Shown here: positions 39,801-49,587 of the stretch, one piece after another
How positions within the stretch are numbered: position 1 is the stretch's first letter
Layout: every line of letters starts with the position of its first letter
Source: Elsinoe ampelina
Lineage: Eukaryota
DNA length: 64,000 nucleotides
Assembly: GCA_010093995.1 (NCBI GenBank)
Contig: ML992512.1
Location: forward strand, 467,736 to 531,735
Direction: 5' to 3'
Made by a program: the position numbers and the translations under genes
The notes under the pieces: model-generated
What the model saw: the letters and a program-made list of their open reading frames with translations, nothing else
The model's database searches: none
Told to the model about the DNA's origin: nothing

Positions 39801-39944
39801 GGGCTTGATGTGGCCGGTGGTGTTGACACTCAGGTCACTCTTGCCGGCTCTCGCCTTGATGATGGCATTCGAGACTCGTACGAGCCATTGGATGAGCTGT
39901 TGGGTGCTTTGTTTGTAAGATAGGTAAGCGTTTCGTTCCAGCAT
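36810..39944 (-). CDS. DUF6604-like protein, paralogue B (about 1044 aa), C-terminal hydrophobic helix
   Basis: Start placed at MLERNAYLSYKQSTQQLIQWL by alignment with paralogue A. Shared blocks NTTG.IK, HAHFI..L, YTIN.LY.LVN, VF.LQ..VDSF...GW, NGLW.YSP. Confidence 0.75.
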   Translation of the reverse strand: MLERNAYLSYKQSTQQLIQWLVRVSNAIIKARAGKSDLSVNTTGHIKPRELVILARLVARHTKKIPDVVLSLLKHVIDARTAFNKSFEARSAQSSDPHVKLGNQTHAHFIGLLQDTFKALRGEEWLASGHAEIHGDRKDSSFANAFSSLDLALDFSNDEVDKDVEEPSQTINSKQARKRAKSGAGRKHRTRSSTLPSPDQQLDSMFEDNIPLEACRFVHEDADRRTDYFMAIFSFFHEWVNLRKEMQLNWSRVAFGKDNAAVIGGTSNHALSIIRRAAHTIAQDFPGEDGFDNMLFTLDYIFKISHNAGSSRPGSVIMTGQDVPFLDAKEALSMHTFYDLIDFISDYQQNRNGKPTKDMAKKLQLDLWNPNADITAMSDSSRLLWRRKYTINYLYELVNAWRNAPVAASPTGDPQKSDHTVPVNLFGDHRGLFGLAPFAEVIAEFAMQKPNKAFRSEITPALVFQLQMMVDSFTACRGWIEDPFKGHLFHDAPKYGNSQPYESLRDVETFLRGFPQDDVCFISTIQDLYLRLEMENEAAGKFVYPEALISLLRKLQWDVVKDLGVSHLVSGENETLSRFTRTTRNGLWEYSPYLAGMALAKCLEVIYEVSMKVFDIMPEPLQVAHIYHKLIQTKALKETISMHTNMQNIFRVYVFGGSRVPANGFETTYIERVAARSMHPSTRNLLKNLEAYDISSESNRLFRHKSQWAVFRDVDYNHENISDEDISVYSHWGSLVIARCSVDGRVPASRPVLRDRCKLFGVKEELVMEVVKHHREIADGCTSAKLKAFMGSGDLGTTANSTSRGPVGFASLSRDNHIGHACCGDNADTLYLSKAEYNQDIWGRFPYSGVNYFFFASKLLDLSTAFKEEIESNYRPFWQKVLMAKNLGIRDLKDAFTRMILATDDKKCLSMIAKVFQKQAQDFEVFLYWRRLQMMPDAKEVAFVNSHISKLATEIQRQILGQSAWATVTNVKVPGNDLAIPLPGYAQKPQPKQIDKISLLILMLTALLGALIFRSILESFMEQQKTLRPVETGFVLLPRPWPVI

Positions 39945-40417
39945 TGTTACTGAATGATGAGGTATGCTGGTAGGAGAAAGGAAACGAAACCAAACCTCTG
40001 AGACGGTAAGGACCTCTTGAAGCTGCACGGTGCCCTGCGGCGCGGTCATGGAGGATGCCCAGAGTCGATATGCATGGCGTTGCAGTAGCTGGACGCGGTG
40101 ACACCACCCAGCGGCGTAGATAACGCCATCTTGGCCGTCGCGGTATCCCTTAATGCACTAGCTCACAGCATAGTGGCAACGCGCATGCAGTAGCTGAATA
40201 TGGACATGCAGGCGGTCAATGGTGTCGATGGAAAAGAAAGCGAAGAGGATGCAGGGATGTCACCTTTCCAACGGGTCCAGAACGCGTCGCCCGCATCTGC
40301 CCCCTCCACGCCGAGCCGCGCCAAAATTTCCCTCGCTCGCAAGTCACAAGGCAAGCACCAGTTCCTCAAACATCTTCCCTCTCAGTCACCAATTCGGCAA
40401 GGCCAAACCCGAGAAGC

Positions 40418-41344
40418 ATGGCGCTAGAGCTCTTCTCTGCCCCTCCGACAAAAGACCTATTCCAGACCCTCGAGGACTTCCAAGCCTCCACCCCCGCCAC
40501 CTTCTTCGACGGCAAGCCAGTGCTCCACTACCACAACCCCTCTTGCACCCTGACCATCTCCACCTCGACCCTCGCTGGCTCGCCCTTTGCTTCCCTTGGA
40601 CCTCAATCATCCCAATCCACAACCAATGGCGACCACACGAACGGCCATCACCCCTCGACATCCGACGAAACAACCATCACAGTCGAAACATGGATAACCT
40701 CACGTGACTTCACCCTATACTCCCCCTCTGCCTCGTCGGGTCTGCACATCCCTTACCCACTCATCTCGCTCCACGCCCAGCAAGGTGAAGGACTGTACAT
40801 GCAACTCGTCCTCAACTCATCCCCGCACACCACCGATGACGAGCTCGAGACATTAGAAGTAGTGCTCACTCCCTCGCCGCAAGCACCATCAGACCCGGAC
40901 CCGGCAGCCGAATCGTCAAGCACAAACGGCCACGGCCAAGGCGGAGCAAGCGAGGCGGCTCTCCTCTACACCGCACTTTCGACGTGTGCAGACCTGCACC
41001 CTGACCCCAATCCTGACGATGAGGCAGAGGGCAATGCCGCAGGGCTTATGGCCATGTTGCAACAAGCAACTACAGAGGGAGGGGAGGTGGATCTTTCGAG
41101 CGGAGGCTGGGTGACGGCGGAGAACATGCATGAGTTCTTGGATGCGGATGGGAATGTGACGTTTCCGAGCCAAGTATCTGGAGAGGCGGAGGGTGCAGAT
41201 GAGGGTGAGCATGAAGGTTTAGGACCTGGAGCAGGAACGAGGAGAGGCGTGGAGGATGGAGAGGACGGGGCCGAGGAAGGAGATGATGGAGCTACGGAGG
41301 ATGGTGAGGGGAGAGGGGAGACGAAGTGGCGGAGAACGGGATGA
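40418..41344 (+). CDS. LOT5: Lot5/ICln (Voldacs domain) protein
   Basis: TPATFFDGKPVLHY, GLHIPYPLISLHA, LYMQL, LYTALSTCADLHPDP, GGWVTAEN and acidic tail. Confidence 0.82.
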   Translation: MALELFSAPPTKDLFQTLEDFQASTPATFFDGKPVLHYHNPSCTLTISTSTLAGSPFASLGPQSSQSTTNGDHTNGHHPSTSDETTITVETWITSRDFTLYSPSASSGLHIPYPLISLHAQQGEGLYMQLVLNSSPHTTDDELETLEVVLTPSPQAPSDPDPAAESSSTNGHGQGGASEAALLYTALSTCADLHPDPNPDDEAEGNAAGLMAMLQQATTEGGEVDLSSGGWVTAENMHEFLDADGNVTFPSQVSGEAEGADEGEHEGLGPGAGTRRGVEDGEDGAEEGDDGATEDGEGRGETKWRRTG

Positions 41345-41608
41345 GGATTTGATCACCGTTAATGTATCAAATCAAATGGGACCCGAATGGCATGAGAAGA
41401 GAGTCATCCAGGAGAAGACGACAAACCAGACCGTCAGAGCAGCTCCGATCGATCTTGCGAGTCAGACCGACTCGGAAGAGAAGAACTGTGATCAAGCTGA
41501 GCAGGACACACGCGCTGTTCTCAGAAATAGATACCCCAACGCTATGAGATCATTACATCCACCCCATCTCCCCTCAACATCCCCACCATCCCCTCCCCCC
41601 ACGACCCC

Positions 41609-44600
41609 TCACCTCACCCTCTCATTCAAAAACCCCTCCCGATCATACAAACTCCCCGGCGTCCCCACCACTCCCCTCCTCCCCATCCCCAGCGGCGTAC
41701 CCGGCTCCACCTTCATCAACTCCTCCATCTCCCCCAGGGACATTCCCGTCCCCGAGCCCATACCCTTCCACGCCTCCTTGCTAACCCCTGACCCACCGCC
41801 ACCTCCCTCCAAACACGAACCCTCGAGTCCCGACCCACGCCCAGCCAGAGGAACGTCCCATGCCCTCTCCCCGTCCTCCCAAACCGCGCTCCCCCTCCTC
41901 ACCGCGCTCCCCCTCCTCACCCCCTCCCCCGCATCACCTCGCTCAACAGACCTAAACACAGCCGCAGCCTGCGCCGTCTCGTCCTCGAGTGCACGGAGGA
42001 TGTCATCAGCCACTCCGCCCAGGGTGGAAGCGCAGGGGAACTCGAAGCGGAAGTCGAAGCTACTCCCCCCCGTCCAGGTACTTCCCGACCCGACAACCGA
42101 CGCGTGAGAAGCCGGACGAACCCAGGATTGGAACCGGGGAGGCTCGGCGTCGAACGAGTACGGCCTGATCTCAGGCTGGCGTCGTGACCGGGACAGAGAC
42201 GGGGATGAGGAAGGACAGAGCACGTTCTCCTTGTCTTCCTCCTCTGCGACTTCGTACAGCGCCTTCTCCCGCTCACCTCCACCGACCTTGCCCACGTCTG
42301 ATCTGGTGAAATCCACTTCGTCACCTTCCTCCGTCGTCTCTACGGCATATTGATCCGACAACAACGACTCCCCGTCCCCATCATCAAAGACTGGAAAGCC
42401 GCCAAACGTAAACGGCAGTATCGGACTCGCCTCCCGGCCCAGCTTCATGTACCGCCTCGCTTGCGGGGTGCTGTACCCCGCTCCTTGCACCGAGCTGTTC
42501 ATGCGTCGGAGCTGCATGATGGAGCGTCGGAGATCTTTCACCGGGGCTGTGCGAGGGCCGGAGACGCGTTTGGTGAGGAGGGAGCGGGAGTGCGAGGAGA
42601 TGGGGCGGAGCGGAGACGGGACATCCTGCGAGGAAGGGCGGAGGGGGGAGGGGTGGGACGGGAGACTGCTTGCTGAGTGGGATTCCGGGAGGGGGGTTGT
42701 GGTTTGGGGGAGGTTGGATTGGGAGGGGAGTTTGGTGGGCGGGTGTGCGCCGAGAGGGGAGAATGTGGTGGTGTCTGGTGGGAGGGAGGTGGCCCATGGT
42801 GTGCTGTCGGGAGAGACCCCACGTCGTCTGCGGCCGAAGGATGGTAAGTCGGTATTGATCAGTCGAAGGTGGGATTGTGCATCGAGGGGGTCGGAACACA
42901 TGATTGGGTCGCCGCCGTCTGCAAAGGGGAAGTCTAGCGAGCTTGATGATGTGGAAGCTGTGACAGTGACATTGGTCATGCGCAGTGCGGACTGAGGCCA
43001 GTCGTCGTCGGCCCACACAGGGAGCGAGATATTCTTCTCATCGTCAAAGTAATCTGCGGGAGGTGGTGACCATGACATGTCTGAATCATCGAATGATTGT
43101 GCCTGAAGAGGAGCTACGTCAAAGTCGAGCTCGAACGGGAAGCCGGTCCTACAGTCGTCGTACTCGCCACTTGGTCTCGTGAGCTCAATTGTGGGCGTTG
43201 GTGTCCTTTCGTCAATCCCTCCTAGGCGACTTCCAAAACTTGGTAGACTCGGTATGCTAAGCATGTCCGTGGACGGAACACGCTCAATGTCCACAAATGC
43301 GCCTCGTCCCGTGAAAGTTCGAGAGTGTCTTTGCGTCCGCGTGTCTTGCTCAAATCTCGACATTGATAGCGTAGGCGAGCTCGGTGTAAGTGAAGCTCTC
43401 CATTTGACAGGATCGGTATGACTTCTCGGTGACAGTGCAGGTCGGAACAAGTTCACTTCCGTCGGCGCCGAGATGCGCATGACTGGGACACGAGCATGAT
43501 TTAGATTTTCCGGCGACTCCTCCCAAATGCCGTCTAGCAACGAGTTTGCAGAAATGCCTTCACCTAGCACCTCCGGTGGCAGGGTCGAGATCCTAACACA
43601 GTTCTGTCTCCTGTGCCCTCGACGAGGGGAGTCCGGACTTCTGAGGGCAGATCTCTTCCGTACAGGAGAGCTACTTGTGCTACGAGGTGCGTTACCAGAT
43701 CCATGGATTGGTTGAGCTTCTTGACCAGGGCCATAGGCATTGCCTGCCACTTCTTGTAACGCTGAGGCGCGTCTGCGTTGAGCCGGAGATCCTGTGAACG
43801 ATACTCTTGTTTGTAGTCGACGATGAGGTGTGATCTTCGCAATGGAGCCCGAGGGTGAACGGAGACTGCTTCTCGGAGACTGGATGCTGATTGAGGTATC
43901 CTTGGTCACTCGAACGCTACCTATTTGGCGACTCGGTATCAGCGAATGACGACTGGCTCTCCGCTGGGACTCAGCCGGAGAGATGGAAGACCTCCAGGTG
44001 TTTACAGATGCTGACTGCGAGTGCGCGACATGCGCGTCTGATTGCGTCGCCGTCGAGTGAGTCGGTATGCACCATTTTGACAAATTCGAGCAGACGCTGA
44101 TCGCATTTGACACCGGCCTAGGGCTCTGCAGCTTCTCGCCCACGGCGGTAATAGACTTGGTGGGTGAGCTACTCGATCGATGGTATCTATCCACGGTACT
44201 CGAGCTGTTACGGCCGTTTGCGATACGAGGAAGTGGCGGTAGAGGACCGAGTGGCGCCGGACCGATGAACCCAGCACCATAGCTGAGGGAGCGGTTATGG
44301 AGGACGGGCCGTTCTGTACCAAGATCTTGTACGATCGTGGAACTGAAACTTCGTGGAAGGACGGCGCTTGCCGACCTCCTTCTGGTCGCGACAACTCTCG
44401 TATATCTGTCAGGAGACACGGAAGAGCTCCTGCGTCGAAGCAGTCGTAATCTCGGATCGTCCTGATGCGTCCTCTCCACGCGTACCTCATCAACAGGCCA
44501 CCCGGTATGATCCGACTCTTCCACCAATAACCTAGCTGGCATAGGATCGGTTCTCTGCACATCCTTGAGATTCTTCTTTGACAATTTCCTCCTACAAGGC

Positions 44601-45049
44601 CTCTCGTCACAGTCGTCTTTGGATCTCATGCGCTTCAGACGAAATGTCCTGAACTTTCCCTGGTTACCGATCTCAATCTCAAATTGTGTCTGTGGCGTGG
44701 GATTGATCGATTTAGACAGCCTTGCAGATATGCTGCGGTGAATCTTTTCGGGTGCAACTCGTGCTTGCGCCGGAGCCACAAGAGTTGTGTTTTTGGCATT
44801 GCTGGTTCCCGATCGCAAGAAGCTCGACATTCGATGCACAGCATTGGGGTGGTCAAATGTGCTTTGTCTTCCATGTCCGTTGGATTCAAGCTCTATGATT
44901 GAGTCTCTGAACTTGCGCCGTCGTATGCAAACCCAGAGAATGATGCCGAACAGCGATAACACAAATAGTCCTCCCAGACCAGCTCCGAGACCAACAGCCA
45001 GATGTCGCTGGCTAGCTGAGCCATCGTCGTTTCGTGCCGTATGATGCAT
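41609..45049 (-). CDS. Single-pass membrane protein with long disordered cytoplasmic tail, unknown function
   Basis: 1146-aa ORF; N-terminal TM (AVGLGAGLGGLFVLSLFGIILWVCI) followed by RRRK; short conserved-looking motifs GHRRQNCVRIS, LRRSIMQLRRMNS and TPGSLYDREGFL. Confidence 0.75.
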   Translation of the reverse strand: MHHTARNDDGSASQRHLAVGLGAGLGGLFVLSLFGIILWVCIRRRKFRDSIIELESNGHGRQSTFDHPNAVHRMSSFLRSGTSNAKNTTLVAPAQARVAPEKIHRSISARLSKSINPTPQTQFEIEIGNQGKFRTFRLKRMRSKDDCDERPCRRKLSKKNLKDVQRTDPMPARLLVEESDHTGWPVDEVRVERTHQDDPRLRLLRRRSSSVSPDRYTRVVATRRRSASAVLPRSFSSTIVQDLGTERPVLHNRSLSYGAGFIGPAPLGPLPPLPRIANGRNSSSTVDRYHRSSSSPTKSITAVGEKLQSPRPVSNAISVCSNLSKWCIPTHSTATQSDAHVAHSQSASVNTWRSSISPAESQRRASRHSLIPSRQIGSVRVTKDTSISIQSPRSSLRSPSGSIAKITPHRRLQTRVSFTGSPAQRRRASALQEVAGNAYGPGQEAQPIHGSGNAPRSTSSSPVRKRSALRSPDSPRRGHRRQNCVRISTLPPEVLGEGISANSLLDGIWEESPENLNHARVPVMRISAPTEVNLFRPALSPRSHTDPVKWRASLTPSSPTLSMSRFEQDTRTQRHSRTFTGRGAFVDIERVPSTDMLSIPSLPSFGSRLGGIDERTPTPTIELTRPSGEYDDCRTGFPFELDFDVAPLQAQSFDDSDMSWSPPPADYFDDEKNISLPVWADDDWPQSALRMTNVTVTASTSSSSLDFPFADGGDPIMCSDPLDAQSHLRLINTDLPSFGRRRRGVSPDSTPWATSLPPDTTTFSPLGAHPPTKLPSQSNLPQTTTPLPESHSASSLPSHPSPLRPSSQDVPSPLRPISSHSRSLLTKRVSGPRTAPVKDLRRSIMQLRRMNSSVQGAGYSTPQARRYMKLGREASPILPFTFGGFPVFDDGDGESLLSDQYAVETTEEGDEVDFTRSDVGKVGGGEREKALYEVAEEEDKENVLCPSSSPSLSRSRRQPEIRPYSFDAEPPRFQSWVRPASHASVVGSGSTWTGGSSFDFRFEFPCASTLGGVADDILRALEDETAQAAAVFRSVERGDAGEGVRRGSAVRRGSAVWEDGERAWDVPLAGRGSGLEGSCLEGGGGGSGVSKEAWKGMGSGTGMSLGEMEELMKVEPGTPLGMGRRGVVGTPGSLYDREGFLNERVR

Positions 45050-45269
45050 GATGGCGTTTCACAATTGTCCACATTACCGGAGTCGAAACTATCTTTGTTG
45101 CATCGGCGAAGTCGAGATCGTTGCGAAAGACCATCATGTCGTGAAATTCTGACATTGTCGCTGCGGATTGTAGGCCAGCCATGCGGTGCATAACAAGGGT
45201 GGCACTGTGGAATGTGAAATGCTAACAGACGCGACGTTTCCGCGCCGTCACGCAAGGGGCCAGGCTCAC

Positions 45270-47350
45270 CTATGTCCGGACCCCTCCCCTTTGATAGCGA
45301 CAGCTTGCGTGACCGCACAAGCATTTTTTGTCTAGATGTCGCCAGTACTCGTCGGAATAGTCAACCGTGACCTCCTCGTTGGCTTCCACGCCCTTGGAGA
45401 CGAGGATTATGCGCTGAGTTCCAAGCCAGTTGAAGCGCTCAAACTGGCAATTCGGCACGCATGAGTGATTCACGAACTTGGTGAAGTTGCCCATATTACC
45501 TTGATAGATCTGGTATCTTCCAAAGCCAGTCTGGCCCTGCATGACATCCTTGTCACGCAAATCTCTGGTAATAAGTCCTGTAAACTCGCCAATGGCTTCA
45601 CCTCGCTCGAACGGCTGTTTTGTCAGCAGAATCGATAATGGACATTGCGATACTTACCAAGTTTGCGATAAGCCCATTGTTTCTGCCGTCGTTTGTCCTG
45701 AAGATCTGGGTCGGACTGTGGTGCCTTGGAGATCCGAAAACCGTTGGGTAGCACCCGCACCCGTTCGCCTGGTGGTCGTCGGACTGGAACTCGCCACAAA
45801 CAGAACAAAGGAAAGTCTGGCCTGGTTGTCCCATAGTCAATGCTCTTGGATCAATTTCACCCCATGCGTCTCCATCAATGATCGATTGATCCAGATGCTG
45901 GTAGTGGAAATGAGGGTCCCATTGGATGTAGGTGTTCTTCAGTGGGACAGGTGGGTCACTGTCGCTGACTACCCAGTCGTGAGGGTGGCCATGGTAGCGC
46001 CGTTCGGTTTGTCCAGCTACGACGGATAGCAGTTGACGCCAATTCGGATGTATCGTGTCTGCGGCAACTTCAAATCTTGACTTGAGCTTTGCAAGCTCTC
46101 GCATGGTGCTTTCGGTGAAGCAGCCTCTGTATTTGCAGAAGCGATAGATTCCCATACCAGCAAAGACCAGAATAGCCCAGCCTCCAGCATCCTTGAGTTC
46201 CTTGTAGCCGCGCCAGACGGCCCTGATCAGGTCAGATAATATTATTCGTGTAGCACCCGCTTTCGTACATCTTGTTCCGCATTTCCTTCTCTGACCATCC
46301 AAAGTCCTCGTATGCTTCTTTCAACGCCAGCATCTTGACTCGAGTTAGTGATAAATCGAGATTTTCGCGTAATAAGGTTTGTATGCGAGCATCGAAGCAC
46401 TCGACCCATCGAGCTTGGACTATAACCTCGAGTGCGCGTGTACATCGACTCGCTTGGGTGACCTTCTTGCAAAAAGTGTTCATCTGACTGTAATCCAGAT
46501 CGGCTTGACCGGAAATCAGGCTGTGTCGTCCAACGTCTTCAATGAGTGATCGATCGCGCCACTCGAGTGATGCAGATCCAAACTAGGCAAGGTCAGTAAT
46601 CCCAACGCGGTTGTGCTATGCAAGGTCACAGCTCATTGACCGTCAACATACGATCTCTGCCAAATCGAACTTGATACCACCATAGATTTGCTCCCACACA
46701 CCATTCACCAGTTTCGCGACGCTAGTAGGCTGCATTGCTGGTAAGATCTCACGCGACTTGGGCTTCTTTCTTTGTGGGAAGGCCCGCGAACTGTCCATGG
46801 ATCGAGGACCCGATGGTATGGTGTCGGTCGTATCGATCGATTGCTGTCCTCGTTTGACATGTAAGCCACCTGTGGCTTTACGACGTATAGAAACGTCATT
46901 GTTGATACCTTCCTCCGAGCTAGAAGAGGGCGAAGGTGAATGTCGAGAGAGCCGCCTGCGAAGGTTTCGTGGGGAAGTAGGATTAGTCGTCAAGGACGGA
47001 GGGGCCAGCGAGGTCGTCAATAATGGACTAGTAGTATGCGAATCGACGGGTTGTCTGGAAAGATTTGGTGATGTTGATTGTGAGAAGTGGACTGTACCCT
47101 ACGAAAGCGAGTGAGCGAAGGGTGTACCCCAGTACGATGAGGGTGAGAGCCGTACAAGGTGAATCTGACGAGGCTCAGCTAAGCCGGACGACAGAAAGCC
47201 CTCGAGTCGCAGAGACGCATTTCGTAAGTCGTCCAATGAGAGACCTCCGGTAACACGATTCTGGCGACGTAATTGCTCTCGGATCGTGCTGGCAATGTGC
47301 AGCACTAGTCCATCCGGGTCAGGGTCAGGGTCATGGTCGCTGGTGTCCAT
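45270..47350 (-). CDS. SET-domain protein with Cys-rich pre-SET-like and post-SET motifs; exons 47350-47156, 47098-46652, 46582-46269, 46222-45658, 45614-45270
   Basis: Four GT-AG introns join the ORF fragments in frame. CSVC...CGC, NNGLIA, GEAIGEFTG, GNFTKFVNHSCVPN, EEVTVDY, CLCGHASC. Confidence 0.85.
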
Positions 47351-48507
47351 GGTGTGTCAAAGGGCATGATTATCTGTGATGAAGCGAGCCGGTCACATAA
47401 AAGCATGCAATAGTCCCTTTCTGGAAGAACGCTTAAACTTGTATAAAACTGGAACAGGACAGCAGGCTTTTGGCTTTTTCTGGTCGAAGCTTGCATAGTT
47501 TCCACGATCGTGGTAGGCCCCCGGGGTCCAATGATAGCCACGGCAAGACGGCGATCCTGAAGGTATGGCATTTTGATGCCAAGAATGCGCATGCCAGCTG
47601 AGAAGAGCAAAGGCCGACCAGGGCACAACGGACACAAACGTGGCCATGTCAGAGTTCAATGTTTCTGATTCCCGTCGCAACGGGCGCAGCACCTGCTCGC
47701 TTGCAGAGATTGGGGGATTGCCCGAGCAGAGAAGCTGCGGACGAGTCGCTACGCAGGGGAGAGGCAGACGAATGGCGAATGGGAGGCGCCGGTCCTAGCT
47801 GTCATAGATCGGGTTGTTTTTGTGGCACGTGCGACGGTTGTCTTTCGTCTAAGCGTCAAAGAAGTGCTGTAGTTCAAATTGGCGGGCCGAGGATCTTCCC
47901 CTCGGGGCATCATCCGGCAGCATGCCATGTCGTCTGCCGAGACGAATCGTTTGACCGACAACTGCGCTCCTTGTCGATCACGCTCCACATGGCGCCCCTT
48001 GGAGAGACATGAGCACGTTTGTGCCCTCGTGGAAGGGTGGAAAAGCCTCGTGAACCTTCCAGGGTCTGCTCGTCGGTTCGGCCAAGTCCTTGCAGCGATT
48101 ATTGCCTGTGATGCTCCTTTTTGTCGAAGGTCAATAATTCAAGCCTCACATGTCGGCTCCTGATGCGCCCGGATGTCCTAATTTGAACAAGGAAAGCATC
48201 GTTTGGAGACAGGTTAGGGGCGCCCATTTGGACTAAGTCCGACTTTTGGAGTGCTGACAAACAGACTTCCGCGACTGCGATCTACAAAAGGACAACATAC
48301 ATCACGTGAAGCACGCTGGCATACTCATGTTACAATATCACAGCCTATCATGCAATGATCTCCATGGCAAAGTAGTCGATTTGACAATCCATGGCAGGGA
48401 TATCTATCGGAGAAAATTCGCCATATCTCCCTCATGAATTCGTGACAGATGCATCATGTCCCAACGCCATTCGCTATTGAAAGAAGCACATGTGTATCCC
48501 TTGTAGC

Positions 48508-49063
48508 TCATTCGAGGCCTAGCCCACGTCGAACCTCTTGCCTAACACGCTGTTCATAGTCCGCCCTGCGTTCCCTCCACATTCGAGCTGCGTCGACGTT
48601 GGCTGGACTCTCGTCGTTGGGTTCTGCCAGCATGCTCATGACGCTAATCAATATCTTCTCGACCGATTGTATGGGTGACCAGCGTTCCGAGGCCAACTCG
48701 TAATGGTTCGGATCGTCGCCTGGAGGATGCAGGATGGATATGCAGACGGTGCCGTTGGGATAGACTAATGATCTGTCAGCCATGATCGGCAGGAGGCTGA
48801 TGTTCTAGAAGCTGCGTACCATTAGGATGCCAGAGGTCGCAGGTGAACTTCATGGTTGGCGGCATGAGCGGATAGTCGCGAGGGAACTTCAACTCCGCGG
48901 GAAAGACACCACCTTCGAATGGCGTGCCTTCTGGACCCTCTATCAGGGCCTCCCATACGAACATATCATCTTCCGAGACCGGACCGGCGGTGATCCCTTC
49001 TGGCGGATCCGTGGACAGGTGTTTGTATTCGCTGAATAGGCGCTTGGATGCCACAGATGTCAT
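48508..49063 (-). CDS. UBC7: Ubiquitin-conjugating enzyme E2 Ubc7 (ERAD); exons 49063-48820 and 48764-48508
   Basis: [42 protein letters not shown] includes the Ubc7/Cdc34-type acidic loop. Confidence 0.93.
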
Positions 49064-49587
49064 GACGACCAGTATATCAGGCGGTGTGGTGGACTTTACA
49101 GCGAGGTGATTGACGGAGGGGGTGGTGGTAAGCGGAAGAAGCCTGATGGATGACGACGATTGCGTGGTTGTCGGTCCGGGTAGAGTTCCCGACCGGATTT
49201 TTAGGAAGAGCGTGGAGGAAAGCAAGTTTGCAAACCTTCACAGCTTTACGGCCAAGCAGTGTGGGGGAGAGACAAATCATGTCGTTTAGTTTTCAAGCTT
49301 GCGGCTTTCGCAAACGTGGCTGTCTCGAGGAACCGACCCGGACAGTTTTTTTTGTTGCCGATCAATTAGGGCCAGGTTGGTCGTCTCCACTTCAGACTTC
49401 ATTATTCACTCCAAATCATCGGGACCTTTACCCGCCCCTGTGTCTCTAGCGAGTGCTGTCTGCGCAAGGGCTGTGAGCTTGGACTTGAATTTATCCGACA
49501 TCAAACAGCCACACGACCTCCTCTCGTTACCGCCTTTTCAGGATACTGTCGCTGTCTCTAAACCGTGGTTAACACGGTATGATCCGC

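Noticed and set aside
33100..40400. Possible transposon or Starship carrying the DUF6604-like pair
   Set aside because: No transposase or tyrosine-recombinase gene, terminal repeats, target-site duplication or RIP-like AT enrichment seen.
41256..42107. 283-aa + strand ORF overlapping the LOT5 end
   Set aside because: Antisense to the C-terminus of the 1146-aa gene; low-complexity Pro/Ser from the skew.
47400..48480. Cys-containing short ORFs and a single TTAGGG upstream of the SET gene
   Set aside because: No domain pattern; one telomeric hexamer is expected by chance.
49290..49355. Small hairpin TTGCG-GCTTT-CGCAA followed by a T-run (terminator or Pol III-like)
   Set aside because: Eukaryotic promoter region of UBC7; the stem is only 5 bp and there is no A/B box or known RNA similarity.
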